Source: Eledone cirrhosa
Lineage: Eukaryota
Reading direction: 5' to 3'
NCBI GenBank assembly: GCA_964016885.1
Contig: OZ024742.1
Coordinates: 180,668,001 to 180,732,000 of the forward strand
Length of the DNA: 64,000 nt
The notes under the pieces are model-generated. The model was given only the letters and a program-made list of their open reading frames with translations. It was not told the DNA's origin and made no database searches. Position 1 is the first letter of the stretch, and each line of letters begins with the position of its first letter. Below are positions 1 through 11,595 of this stretch, one piece after another. The position numbers were made by a program, and so were the translations under genes.

Positions 1-939
1 CTCTCAAACACCCAACAACCACCCCACTCTCAAACTCCCCAACAACTCCCACTTTCAAACCAAACACAACACCTTTTCCCCCTCTCAAACCAACCACCAC
101 CACCATCTCCAATCTGAAACACCCAACAACCCTCCACTTTCCAACCAACCACCTAAAGAAGCCTCTCATAAAATTTGAGATCATCTGACGGGATTAAAGA
201 AGATAGCACTAGTGAAATGTAAACTCGATACAGAGAACACTATACATATATGGAGGTCCTCAGTTGGTTTCAAAGATGAGCATTCAGTTGTTTAATTAAC
301 TATGTGTCCCACTTGTTAACTAACATGTATGTGACTGAGTAGAGACATTTGAACAAGATGCCATATAGTAGAATTGGAATTGGGACCTTATGATTGCAGA
401 ATGACCGTCTTAACTAGTCAGCCATTCTTGCAGCCATGGAAATATATACAATATTGTTGTTAGTGTAAGAATTGGGCATTTAGTTGTTTGATCAACTGAC
501 AGTTTGACACTGCTCTGACCTCCATGTAGAGTCTGTCACCCGACCCCTTTTCTTTCTTCCTTTGTCTAGTAGTCCTTGCTCTTCTCCTCCTTTTCCTCTC
601 ATTTATGGCATGTATAGTCCTTTTTCTGTATGCTTAACGTGTGAATTAATACTTAAGTAACTGAAATTCCACAGACACATGTACATATAATGTAATGTAA
701 TGTCAAAACCAAATTATGACATGGTGTGTGACAAGGCTGATATTGAAATTACACATATAATCCAGCCAACAGGCTTCCACATAGTTTCTATCTACCAAAT
801 TTCACTCCCAAAACTTGGGTTAACATGAAGCTATAGTAAAGACACTTGGCCAAGATGCTCTGCAATGGAATTGAACCCAAGAGCTGATGACTGAACCATG
901 AACTACTTAAGCACTCAGACATACCTTCATCTATGAAAA

Positions 940-1258
940 TATGTGTGTTGTGTGTGTTGGACCTCCTTTGGTTCTGAGGACAAGTGTTCTAGTTGTTCAA
1001 ACAATGGAACAGCTGGCTTATGAAATTAAATGGCAGAACATTCTACAGAAGTGTTCCCTTAATGTGTTTCTCAGGGAGATTCAATGTAGCCTGGTATATG
1101 ACAAAATCAACACTTTGGAATACATGTACAGCTCATATGTTTCCAGCTGAGTGAACTGGAGCAACATGAAATGAAGTATCTTGCTCAAGGACACCATGAA
1201 TTGAACTCAAGACCTTACAATCGTGAGCCAAATAACCAAACCACTAAGCCACACACCT
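940..1258 (-). mobile_element. Degenerate tRNA-derived SINE (family A)
   Basis: Reverse complement shows an A-box-like GTGGCTTAGTGG, a B-box-like GAGTTCAATTC and the CCTTGAGCAAGATAC core shared with the copy at 4463-4808. Boundaries approximate. Confidence 0.7.
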
Positions 1259-1779
1259 AAAGTAATTGTAAAAGATGTGGTTATTGCAATATTTACTTCC
1301 TTCTGAGAATATAACCCCTGCACATAGACAACAACAAAAACATTCTAAAGTAATCTACTAAAGGTACATATAGACTTGTAGAATACCCGAGGAAGCCAAT
1401 CACTTTACTGTGCTTTTCTCAAAGCTTGGCAACAGAGACATAACATGATTCTACAGAATCATAGCAACTTACTACACAATCACAGCAAGCTACACTGGGG
1501 AATGAATATGTTTTATAAGATTCTATTTTAGTTTGATTCTCTCAATTTTTTTTTATTGTTAAGAAAGGTGGGGGAAAATGTCGTATGGAATAAGTGGAAT
1601 GGAGAATTGTCTGGAATGGAAATTGCTGGCTTTTTGTAGAATTCTTTTCACTGCTTATTGTGAAGACATTTTACTATGAAATAAATAAATAAATAAATAA
1701 ATAGGAAGCAGAAAAGAAATCTCAATGATCCAATCAATTTTGGTGAAGGCAATAATCTGAGGAAAGATTCTTGTCTTTC

Positions 1780-2022
1780 ATTCCTCCTTTCTCTCTCACA
1801 CACTCTCTCTCTCTCTCTCTTTGTAACACTTTCCCTTATGCTCTCCCACCCTCTTTTGGGCAACTCTTTCTCTCTTTCTCTTTCTCTCTCACTCTCTCTC
1901 TCTCTTTTTCTCTAACTCTTTCCCTCATGCACTCCTACCCTGTCTCTCTCTCTCCTCTCTATCTTTTTCTCTCTCTCTCCTCTCTATCTTTTTTCTCTCT
2001 CTCTCACTCTCTCTCTCTCTTT
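1780..2022. repeat. Degenerate (CT)n microsatellite
   Basis: Pyrimidine-rich dinucleotide tract seen directly. Confidence 0.9.
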
Positions 2023-2612
2023 ATTTTCCTCCAAATCCCTCTCTACCAATTTCATTGTCAATGGCTTTTATTGAATGACAAAATTTTGGAAAATATAATT
2101 ATATTTCAGAAAAGACATTATGTAGTGTGTGTGTGCATGATGTCTGTGAATATGTGTGTGTGTGTGCGCGCGTGCATAAGAGACATAGAGGAAGAAAGAG
2201 AGAAATGAATAGTTTATACGAGTAAGACCATTCTCCAATGTATTACCCTATAATTAAGGAAAGTAGAGTGTAGATATTATTTTAAGATAGGATGCCTGAT
2301 GATCAAGCTTAAACCATGACAATGACCGGATGAGAAATCTGGGAATTTAGTCACATCTTGCTAATGTGTTCAATTATAGTCTTGCTTTCTAAGCCAGGAT
2401 GCACTTTGTAGCATGTTCCAATACAACACATGATGCTCATGTCTTCAAACCAAACAGATAAAAACCATGAAACTACAGAATATTTGTGATGTTTGCAGAT
2501 TAATTTTGAATTATAAAAGCTCTACTACTATAACTATTTGCTCCTGAAGAACGAAGGGTAAAAGAGGCATTGAGCTTCACTTAGTTCACTATTTTCATTG
2601 GTAAGATAACAC

Positions 2613-2691
<79 letters not shown>

Positions 2692-2901
2692 CGTTTCTGA
2701 ATTTGTTTAGCAAGATTCTTTATCTGAAAACGTGTGTTGAAACCGATATTGTTATACATTGGGAGGGTCATGTTGCCAATAAGAAACACATACACCAGTT
2801 GCTTTCACTCCAATTTATTATAAATTAAATTTATAAATTTAAGAATTTATAAATTTCCGATTGGTTGGTTGGTTCCATAACCAGACGGTTGTTCATATAT
2901 T

Positions 2902-2944
2902 GTCAAAGTTCTTTCGTCACACATTCTGTAACCTCTTCAGTGAC
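2902..2944 (-). ncRNA. Minimal type I hammerhead ribozyme
   Basis: Minus strand: gtca CTGAAGA g gttaca gaatg tgtgac GAAA g aa c TT tgac. Stem I gtca/tgac, stem II gttaca/tgtgac, very short stem III; one extra G after the core. Confidence 0.65.
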
Positions 2945-3100
2945 TGGGGATTCTTTTCTTTGCTTTGTGCCTCTCGTTTGTTCTGTCCTACGCCATCAAG
3001 ATGGCGTAGGACAGAACAAAGGAGAGGCACAAAAGGGGAGGCCATCAAGATGGCGTAGGACAGAAAAAGGAGAGGCACAAAACAAAGAAAAGAATCCCCA

Positions 3101-3143
3101 GTCACTGAAGAGGTCACAGAATGTGTGATGAAAGAACTTTGAC
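3101..3143 (+). ncRNA. Minimal type I hammerhead ribozyme
   Basis: gtca CTGAAGA g gtcaca gaatg tgtgat GAAA gaac TT tgac; inverted partner of 2902-2944. Confidence 0.65.
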
Positions 3144-3311
3144 AATATATGAACAACCGTCCGGTTATGGAACCAACCAACCAGAAATTTATAAATTCTT
3201 AAATTTATAAATTTAATTTATAATAAATTGGAGTGAAAGCAACTGGTGTATGTGTTTCTTATTGGCAACATGACACTCCCAAAGTATAACAATATATATA
3301 TATATATATAT

Positions 3312-3476
3312 AGTAATAATAATAAATTTGAAGACTAAAATCCAAAGAGGGTTCGATAAGGATAAATATATATCAAATATATAAGAACCCTAGAGCAAAT
3401 ATTTATTAAAATAACAGATTAAAGTTTAAGCAAAGAATCGATGCTTTCACCCTTAACGGGATCTTCTGAAACTGAG
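3312..3476. repeat. Fragment of a dispersed TA-associated repeat (also at 11047-11360, 43717-43760, 44960-45235, 52175-52400)
   Basis: Shares TTAAAATAACAGATTAAAGTTTAAGCAAAGAATCG...CACCCTTAACGGGATCTTCTG with the 11.0 and 45.0 kb copies (diverged at 52.2 kb); the upstream part is shared with 43717-43760. Confidence 0.7.
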
Positions 3477-3629
3477 TATATATATGTGTGTGTGTGTAAG
3501 TAGAAACATACAAACACAGACATATATATAACTGTGAAAGACCAAAAAATGGGTTATACTCCCATCTGAAATGCAGTGAACTGGTGATTCACCTAGTGGA
3601 AAACTGCAATCACAATATCATTGTGAAAT

Positions 3630-3676
<47 letters not shown>

Positions 3677-3751
3677 TAGATATATATAGTTATAGTATCA
3701 GGGCATTTATAATTATATATATATACACACAGACACACACACACACATACA

Positions 3752-4440
3752 CAGTGTGGTACAGATAAATCCGGAATTTTTTTACTTAGAACAGTGCCAT
3801 GATCTCACAGTGTAGCGAGGTTTTGAAAGCACCATTAGAATGTACTACACCTCAGTAGCTGTCTGGCTATTGATACACAAGGTGCTTAGTAACTGACATG
3901 TCTTCAGAATACAATCATTGAGCTGCTGTTGCAAAGAGCCTTCGCACTGGCCACAAAACCAAGGAAACCATTGAATGGTTAAATACCCTAAACCATGGTC
4001 TATAACCTTGCAAAGGGATATGGTGCCTCAGACAACAAGGGCAATTTCATGCCAGAATACAAGACACATAAGAACCACTCTTGCACCTTCAACTTATGGC
4101 TCCCTTTCAACGTATGACTAATCCTCTCAACTATTTTGCGTGGGGCATCTTGGAGAGGGAGAGGAACAGCCGGCCCTACAGCACTCAGGAGGCTCTCAAG
4201 GCAGACATCAGGGATGCCATGGCCAGCATGGACAGGGACACCATCGCCAAGGCCTGCTCCAGCTTCAAGTCCCCCCTGGAGAAAGATGTCACTGCCTATT
4301 GTGGCCACATTGAGTGATTTTTGTACCATATAAATGTGCTTAACTGTGTATAAATGTTTATTGAAATATATTTATTTGTTATATAAAAAGTGGTGTTTTA
4401 TTATCCATTGCATTTTTCCAGATTTATCTGAGCCACATTG
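3752..4440 (+). mobile_element. Internally deleted Tc1/mariner-superfamily transposon (maT/DD37D-like)
   Basis: ~25-bp TIRs (CAGTGTGGTACAGATAAATCCGGAA / TTCCAGATTTATCTGAGCCACATTG) with TA after the right TIR. N-terminal remnant MSSEYNH*AAVAKSLRTG and C-terminal transposase remnant NPLNYFAWGILERE...IAKACSSFKSPLE...GHIE* (4081-4317). Confidence 0.85.
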
Positions 4441-4462
4441 TATATAATGTATACATATATAT

Positions 4463-4808
4463 GGAGGTACATGGCTTAGTGGTTAGAGCATTGGCCTTGC
4501 AATCGAAAGGTTGTGAGTTCAATTCTCAGACCGGGTGATGTGTTGTTTCCTTGAGCAAGACACTTTATTTCACATTGCTCCAGTTTACTCAGCTGTAGAA
4601 ATGAGATGATAGGGACTGGGGTCCATATCATTCCACTGCAAAGTGGTCGTGGAGGTGCCACGGCAAAAAAGCACCCAGCACTCACTGTAAATGAGGTTGG
4701 TTTTAGGAAGGGCATCCAGCTGTAGAAATCAAGCCAGCATCAGTTTCCGTCCCACCCTTGCAAGCAGGGAAAAAGCGGACGTAAAATGAAATGATGATGA
4801 ATGATGAT
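4463..4808 (+). mobile_element. Full-length tRNA-derived SINE (family A) with RTE-derived 3' tail
   Basis: A box TGGCTTAGTGG, B box GAGTTCAATTC, central CCTTGAGCAAGACAC. The 3' part is nearly identical to the RTE 3' UTR at 41620-41790, and it ends in a (GAT/GAAT)n tail. A near-identical copy lies at 28442-28780. Confidence 0.88.
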
Positions 4809-4930
4809 ATACATATAGTATAACACAATATATATATATATATATATATACATTAATATGTAGTCTCTTATGGTACATAGGTATGATACATAGGGATAGG
4901 GTGTACTTATTCTGAACTGGATCTCCCTCC

Positions 4931-4982
<52 letters not shown>

Positions 4983-5419
4983 TAAATCATGTCCTTAGAA
5001 TTATTAGATAAAATATATACTATTTCCTCTCTCAAGGATATATATATATATATAACTGAATCTCCATATATATATATAACAGGAATTTACCATTGTCATC
5101 TTGCCTGTAAGCAAGACATGTGTACACATCTTTATATACAAATATACATACTTGTTGGAGGCAGAGGCTGCATGTTGTGTATATATATATATATATGTTT
5201 ATACATATATATATTATGTTATAGTGTGTGTATGAGTTCACTTGTCTGTAATCACAAAGGATGGCACAATCTGAAATCTGAAACAGAACTCAATGGCTTG
5301 GAGACAAAGTAATGAATATTTATTTGTTTCTCTCTCTGAATATTTCTTACTAAGAAAGATATTTCCAAATAATATAAGAACCATCTCAAATCAATGCATG
5401 TACATGCACGCGCACACAT

Positions 5420-5484
<65 letters not shown>

Positions 5485-6299
5485 ACCTTATATACATAGT
5501 TGATAAATGTTTATAGAAACAGGTCAACCACATTTCCTTTGAAGGACTTGACTTTATACCTGCAGTTAGCAGTGTGAATAAAATGTATAGAATGTAGAGT
5601 GTAATTGTTAACTCTTACCATTCACTACCACATGAAATCACATTAGCAACACATGTTTGACAAGTACAAATCAGCATTATGACAGCATCACATGAAAACA
5701 TATAGTCTTCACTTTAATGCTGCATATTTTCACAACAATCTGTCCTCTAATAAAAGTATAGACATTTGAATTAACAAACCTGTTTTTAGATAGTTTCTGC
5801 TAAATCATTACAAGATATTAAAAGTTAATTGTTTAAATGTTAAACATATATATCTGTTTTTTCTTGAAAAAAATCGAAGTTTATCAAACATCATAGATAT
5901 TTCATCATTCTTTTATTTTTTAATTTCTGACATTCCAAAAGAAGGCATGAAGCCACTTAGTGTAAGGGACTTGAAGAAGAAGAAATTAATACAAAAAGAA
6001 TGAATTTACTTTAGATTTGAAAGAATTCAAGTCATAAGAAGATGGAAAATAATGAGTTGAAAGAAAGTTCCAACATCTGACAGTTTAAGGAAAAAAAGCT
6101 ATGACTGTAGAAAGTCTTCCTTATTTGTGCAACCACAACAGCAACCAGATGACCATGCTATGAATTTTGAGTCAAACGAGATGGCAAAAAGTGGTCTAGA
6201 ACAAAAAAGAGAAAGTTCATTTGAGCACTTCCTCTGGTAATAACATCAATATCATCCATCTGATAGAATCATAGTGATGATATATATTGTTATTAATGT

Positions 6300-7805
6300 T
6301 GGACCTTAGTTCTGATGATAAGTGTTCCAGTTGTTCAAACAACACATCAGTCTAGTCAATCAAGTAGCTGTGCATTCTACAGACATGTGTAACTTTAACA
6401 TAGTTCTCAGGGTGATTCAGCATAAAATTGTGTATGGCAAGGCTGGCCAGTTGAATTACAGATACAGATAGAACTGGAGCCTCATAAATAAAGTGTCTTG
6501 GGAAAATTCTCAAGCTCCTTGGCATGCCTCCCAAATTCACCACCCTGTCCAACAGCTCTAAGGCAAAGCCAAGAGTTGCATACAAGTGAATTAGAAAACT
6601 CTGACTGGTTTCCCCATCAATGGTGGAGTTAGACAGGGCTGTCTGACTACCCTCAACATTTTTAACTGCGTCATCAACTATCTAATAACCAAAGTCTGTG
6701 AGCAAGTTTTTGGCATTACCTTTGGAAACTAACACCTTACCAGCATGGAGTATGCTGATGGACACCAACCGTAGAAAACTCTGACTGGTTTCCCCATCAA
6801 TGGTGGAGTTAGACAGGGCTGTCTGACTACCCTCAACATTTTTAACTGTGTCATCTACTATCTAATAACCAAAGTCTGTGAGCAAGTTTTTGGCATTACC
6901 TTTGGAAACTAACACCTTACCAGCCTGGAGTATGCCGATGGACACCAACCGATTCAGCAACTTGATTGATAAGCTCTGGGATGCACTGACCCTATACCAG
7001 GAAGAAATCAGCAAAGCTTGGGTTTTGGGTGAGCTTGGTGAAGACCAAGTTGATGAATGTCAGCCCCGATGTCATGGAGTTTTGTCAGCTCCTTCATTTT
7101 ACCTGTGCTTGACAGTCACCAACAATGGACACCTGACCCCGCAGATCAACTGCAGATGTGGTCTGGCTGCTGGGGTCATGCACTTCCTATGGGATCGTCT
7201 TTGGTGCCGCTACTCTATCTCACAGAAAACGAAGCTCTATATCTACAATGCATCAGTCCTCCCTATTCTCTATAAAGCAGAAACATGACCTCTCAAAGAG
7301 AGTCACTGGTTTCGACAGCAAAGCTCTGATAACCATCAAAAACATCAGATGGTACCACCACGTTTCCAACAAGTTGCATATGTGAGCATGCATCAGCCCA
7401 CAGCCTCCCAACTCATAACCATCTATCACATGCACTGGTATGCACATATCCTCCACTTCCTGCCAGATCATCCTACCAGTGCTTTACTTTCATTTGACAC
7501 AGCGACTACAAGCTGGAAGAAGCTCCACAGCAGGCGCTGCACTATATGATGTGATTAAAGAAGATTTCCAGAGGCTCGACATCAGCTTTGAGGATGCAGA
7601 GGGGTTGGCACAGGGTCGCCAGCATGGGAAGGCACTGGTGGACCTGGTCAGCTCTATGCTCAATGATGCCTCTAGAATTGTTGACCTAGGATGACCCCAG
7701 TCCCGAGCAAGAACAAAGAAGTAGTTCAAGGAGACAATGTGCCTCAGGCACAACCTTATAATATTGAACTAAACACCCTAACCACTAAGCCCTGCACCTT
7801 CACAG
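6300..7805 (-). mobile_element. Old family A SINE split by a LINE fragment
   Basis: The SINE body stops at ...ATAAAGTGTCTTG (~6500) and resumes at GTTCAAGGAGACAATG...CCACTAAGCC (~7724-7805). Confidence 0.5.
6502..7720 (+). mobile_element. Decayed RTE-type LINE RT fragment with a 180-bp internal tandem duplication
   Basis: Translates to ENSDWFPINGGVRQGC..., EYAD, and KTKLYIYNASVLPILYKAET, with several frameshifts. 6592-6771 is duplicated at 6772-6951. Confidence 0.8.
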
Positions 7806-8039
7806 ATGCCATATGAATATTGAATATAATGTGTAAATTTTAGAAGTGTTCAATGCAAAAATGAACCAGTAATTAAATTAAGAGAAATATATAGCAAATA
7901 TGTTTTTGCTATAAAACCAACAATTGTGTTCATACATTTTTACAACATTCAAACAAGTTTTACATTCTCTCAGATGCTGTCAGACATGCAATTCCTATAT
8001 TTTTCATACAAGTTGAACCTTCATTCATGTGAAAATACA

Positions 8040-8680
8040 ATGATGATCATCATCATCATCACCGTTTTACGTCCGTTCTTCCACGCTAGCATGGGTAGGA
8101 TGGGTTGTCCTGTTGTGGGCAGTGTCCGGTCGGTTGACCTGGTCTTGCTCATACTGGAACTGATTCTGGCTTGATTTCTACAGCTGGATGCCCTTCCTAA
8201 CACCAACCTCATTTACAGTGAGTGCTGGGTGCTTTTTTTCCATGGCGCCTACACGTCCACTTTACAGTGTGGGCTGGGTACTTTTTTACCGTGACAACAA
8301 CACGACCACTTTGCAGAGGGAGGGGGTGGGGCATATTGTCTATATGCTTCAGCTTCGGCTTGTACCCATGGGGGTCGGGTATTCTGTATTACTGCGTGAT
8401 GCCAGAGGTCTCGGTCATGTGTCATCATCTTTTAGAGGTGTAATTGGGTAAGGTCGGCTTTTATCACCTCATCCCAGGTCTTCTTGGGTCTCCCCAGTCC
8501 GCGGTTTCCATTGACTTCTAGTGCTCTACACCTTTTTATGCAGCTGTCATCCTTCATACGCATCACATGTCCATACCACAGCATTTGATTCCTCTTATGC
8601 TCAGTCTCTCTCTCAATTCATTTATGCTTTGCCGTTCGCGTATATTACTATTACACATCCATCTGAGCATGCAGGCTTAC
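8040..8680 (-). mobile_element. 5'-truncated RTE LINE (ORF end and 3' UTR)
   Basis: Reverse complement closely matches 41255-41890 and has a (GAT)n tail. Confidence 0.88.
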
Positions 8681-9737
8681 ATGCCAAATATACATATTTC
8701 TCTATATATAAAGAAAAAAATAATAAATAACTTTAAGCAATTTTCCAAGCTTTTTGGTTCTCATCAGAAGATATGTACATCATTGAACCAACCACAAGGA
8801 AATTCATAACAAAGGGGCTTATATAACCTATCACTTATAGCAGTATCATAAACTGAACATATATTTGACATGTTTACATGTCCATATACTCAATGTGTAA
8901 ATGTTAACACATATTTACACACTCTTGGTCAACCCTGTACAGTATAGAGATATAGGTTCAATGACATGATTGGTTGTTTTCCGAAGGAAACTAAATACTA
9001 TTATACTAGAAATACAATGCAAAACTATGTAGATCCCATCTAATCTAATCCAAATTTGAATTCAGAGCCTTCTCCCTACTGTTGGAGAAACTCCTCCCTG
9101 GTTGACCTCCACTTATTCCTATCTCTGACCTTACTGGGCCATGTGGGCTGAGATATTGTGAGATTGTCATGCCATCTTGCAATTGGTCACCCATTAGTTT
9201 TCCACTGCCTTGCTGTTCACTCTGTCACACTTAATAGTCCACCTGTTATCTCTGAACTGAGCAACATCACCAACCCATCTATGTTTGCCCTTCTAACATA
9301 TTTCTTTATGTATAATACAAAATGAGTACAATTTGCCCTCAGATTCTAAAGCTAAGAAAATAAGAATAACTTACATTCTTGTTTATAATATATCTGAATT
9401 AATAACTTAGTGGTTCTCTGTTCAAATTTAAGTGTGGATCTACTTGTGTAGTAAGCTTCATCTCTCTTTTATTATAACACCACCAATTATCTATTGGAGC
9501 CTTTAGTGGAGTCCAATTTGCTGTAAGCATTTCAGCCAGGTTATGCTACAATTTTAAGAATGGCAAAGCATGGCATGGTCAGTGAGTTGGGAATTTTAAT
9601 TTGCTATGTGTGATGTAATCATACACAACAGCAGCTTGGGCAAATGTATTCTATTATATGATTGAGTTACCTAATAACCCTGAGTGCAATTTGGTAGATG
9701 GAAACTATATATATATATATTGAGAGAGAGAGAGAGA

Positions 9738-10225
9738 GAAGAAGTTTACGAAATGGAAATCCGGGTATATAGAATTTATTAGGTAACAATTGTTTCTATA
9801 GTGTATGGGTTACCTATACCTCGCTATTTGAATAATATACAAATATTATCATAAACCGAAGGTACACTGTAAGCAAACACACCATGTCTTCAGACCTTTG
9901 TATTAGAATGATATGAAAATATTTTATACACTAGATAAAAGATAAAGAAGGAGGTAGGAAGAGAAGGGGAAGAGGGAAGTGAGTAAGGTGGAGGGAGTCT
10001 TAGGATTTAAGACTGTCAGACTAGTAGAGATTGTGAGGAGAGAATGTTTTGGCAGCAGTTAGCTTAATGAGGCGTGCTAAGGTTGGCGGGGAAGTAGATT
10101 CTTCTAGTGGTGTTGTTCCGACAAAATTTAGTTAAAGGGGTCAAAGTGGTACAGTGTCACAGACAAGTTATTAGGGCTATTATAGTAGCAGGTTATTTCT
10201 AAAGGGGTCCAGAAAAACAGTGTTT
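9738..10225 (-). mobile_element. Penelope-like terminal fragment next to (TA)n/(GA)n
   Basis: Minus strand has a pyrimidine-rich segment, then a hammerhead motif, then AATAAA, then the microsatellite. Distal boundary uncertain. Confidence 0.5.
9781..9897 (-). ncRNA. Type I hammerhead ribozyme with extended stem II
   Basis: Minus strand: aggt CTGAAGA catggtgtg ...long insert... tacactata GAAA caattg TT acct AATAAA. Palindromic stem III caattg; stem I aggt/acct. Confidence 0.6.
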
Positions 10226-10227
10226 AG

Positions 10228-10627
10228 TACTATTATTATAGAAAGCCATATCTTGTGTATAAACATATAAGACAGAAATTTGCAAACGGTGGTGTAAAAA
10301 GGTAACATTATATGCATTTAAAAAAAGAAAAAGTCGTTTTCAAACGGGTTTTTTTGAGGCGTTACGTCTAGCCGATTTTCCCGAAATTTCAAGGCATATT
10401 ATGCACATAAAGAAATACATTTTCTTGATCCCCTAGTGCCCGCATTAGGTGAAAACCTGCATTTTTCCTGCTTCATTGAGGAAAATCTTAAAGATTATCC
10501 AGCCATCAGAGTATTCGGTTTATTTTCTTTACATATTGTCCAGGCATGCAGTTTTCCACGATTACGTTTGTTGGCGGCCCGCGTTCCAAAATACCTTATC
10601 CCGTGCAACACCGAGTACCACTGCTAG
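10228..10627 (+). mobile_element. Non-autonomous Helitron-like element
   Basis: 3' subterminal hairpin-like CCCGTGCAACACCGAG followed by CTAG|T. The 5' end (TACTATTATTATAGAAAG) is inferred. Confidence 0.6.
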
Positions 10628-10683
10628 TTTATAATAAACGAAGCCAGATTTTACATATTTGACTTATTTATTTTATATATATA

Positions 10684-10981
10684 CTAGCAGAATGGCCCAA
10701 CGTTGCTCGGGATTTGCTGTAGGGTTCTTATATATTTGAGATGTTTTTATCCTTATTGAGACTCGTGAAATAAATACGTTTGTTTATATGTTGTTATTGT
10801 GTATGCAAAAATACCTGCACACGAATCTCAAAATTATTTTTGAAAAGCATTAGAAATGCGCAACCGGTAAAACCTTAAAACTAAAACTGAATACTAACTA
10901 ATACATATTACTAATTTTTACTTATTCCTAATTAAACTATTTTTCACTGGGAACAATTTGTCAGCATTTTCTTTTCTTTTA

Positions 10982-11053
<72 letters not shown>

Positions 11054-11221
11054 TAACAGATTAGAGTTTAAGCAAAGAATCGCTGCCTTCACCCTTAACG
11101 GGATCTTCTGCAACTAAAAAAATCAATCTGTGAACGCAGATGTAAATATTTCGAAAAACGTTGCAACCGAAGGAAAACAGGAAGACGATACTTTGGTTCG
11201 TGAATATGTTCTCTGGCATAA

Positions 11222-11270
<49 letters not shown>

Positions 11271-11592
11271 ATATACATATATACACACACACACTGATCG
11301 CGTCATAATGACGTAATGCAGACAGCCACGCATAGCATACAGACAGATATAAAGGCGCAACGTCATATCTATGTATCTATCTAAAAAGAGAAAGACTAAG
11401 AGAGAGAGAAGGAGATCGCTAAATTGCCTAATGCGGTCCCGAGGGCATTGACAATTTGAAATTTTTCTCAAAAAACTCAATAGGACCATAAGTATTATAT
11501 GTTTAAAGTTTGAAAACAATCGGTTGGGTGGTTCTCGAGTGTTAGTGATTGTACAGACAAACAGACATTCTGTGTTTTAGTAATATATATAT
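10684..11592 (-). mobile_element. Non-autonomous Helitron
   Basis: Minus-strand 3' end CCCGAGCAACGTTGGGCCATTCTGCTAG|T. The 5' end TATATATTACTAAAACACAGAATGTCTGTTTGTCTG is typical of short animal Helitrons. Confidence 0.75.
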
Positions 11593-11595
11593 ATA

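Larger units (their letters stand above)
2687..3295. mobile_element. Palindromic Penelope-like terminal element (inverted pLTR-like), hammerhead-bearing, inserted in (TA)n
   Basis: Arms 2746-~2997 and ~3049-3295 are reverse complements around GCCATC-AA-GATGGC. There is a ~49-bp direct duplication at the centre and (TA)n on both sides. A related single-arm copy lies at 38186-38461. Confidence 0.7.

Noticed and set aside
1-240. Telomere-like or ribozyme-bearing C/A-rich stretch
   Set aside because: Irregular low-complexity sequence truncated by the window edge, with no TTAGGG periodicity and no complete hammerhead core.
4463-4535. tRNA gene
   Set aside because: A and B boxes are present, but the sequence continues into a SINE body and LINE-derived tail and is dispersed; it is a SINE head.
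4985-5040. Additional hammerhead (minus-strand TATTTTAT-CTAATAA)
   Set aside because: The core is degenerate and the GAAA half is missing; at most a decayed relic.
5925-6240. Purine-rich coding-like segment
   Set aside because: Stops in the frames I checked, no recognisable motif and no clear splice boundaries.
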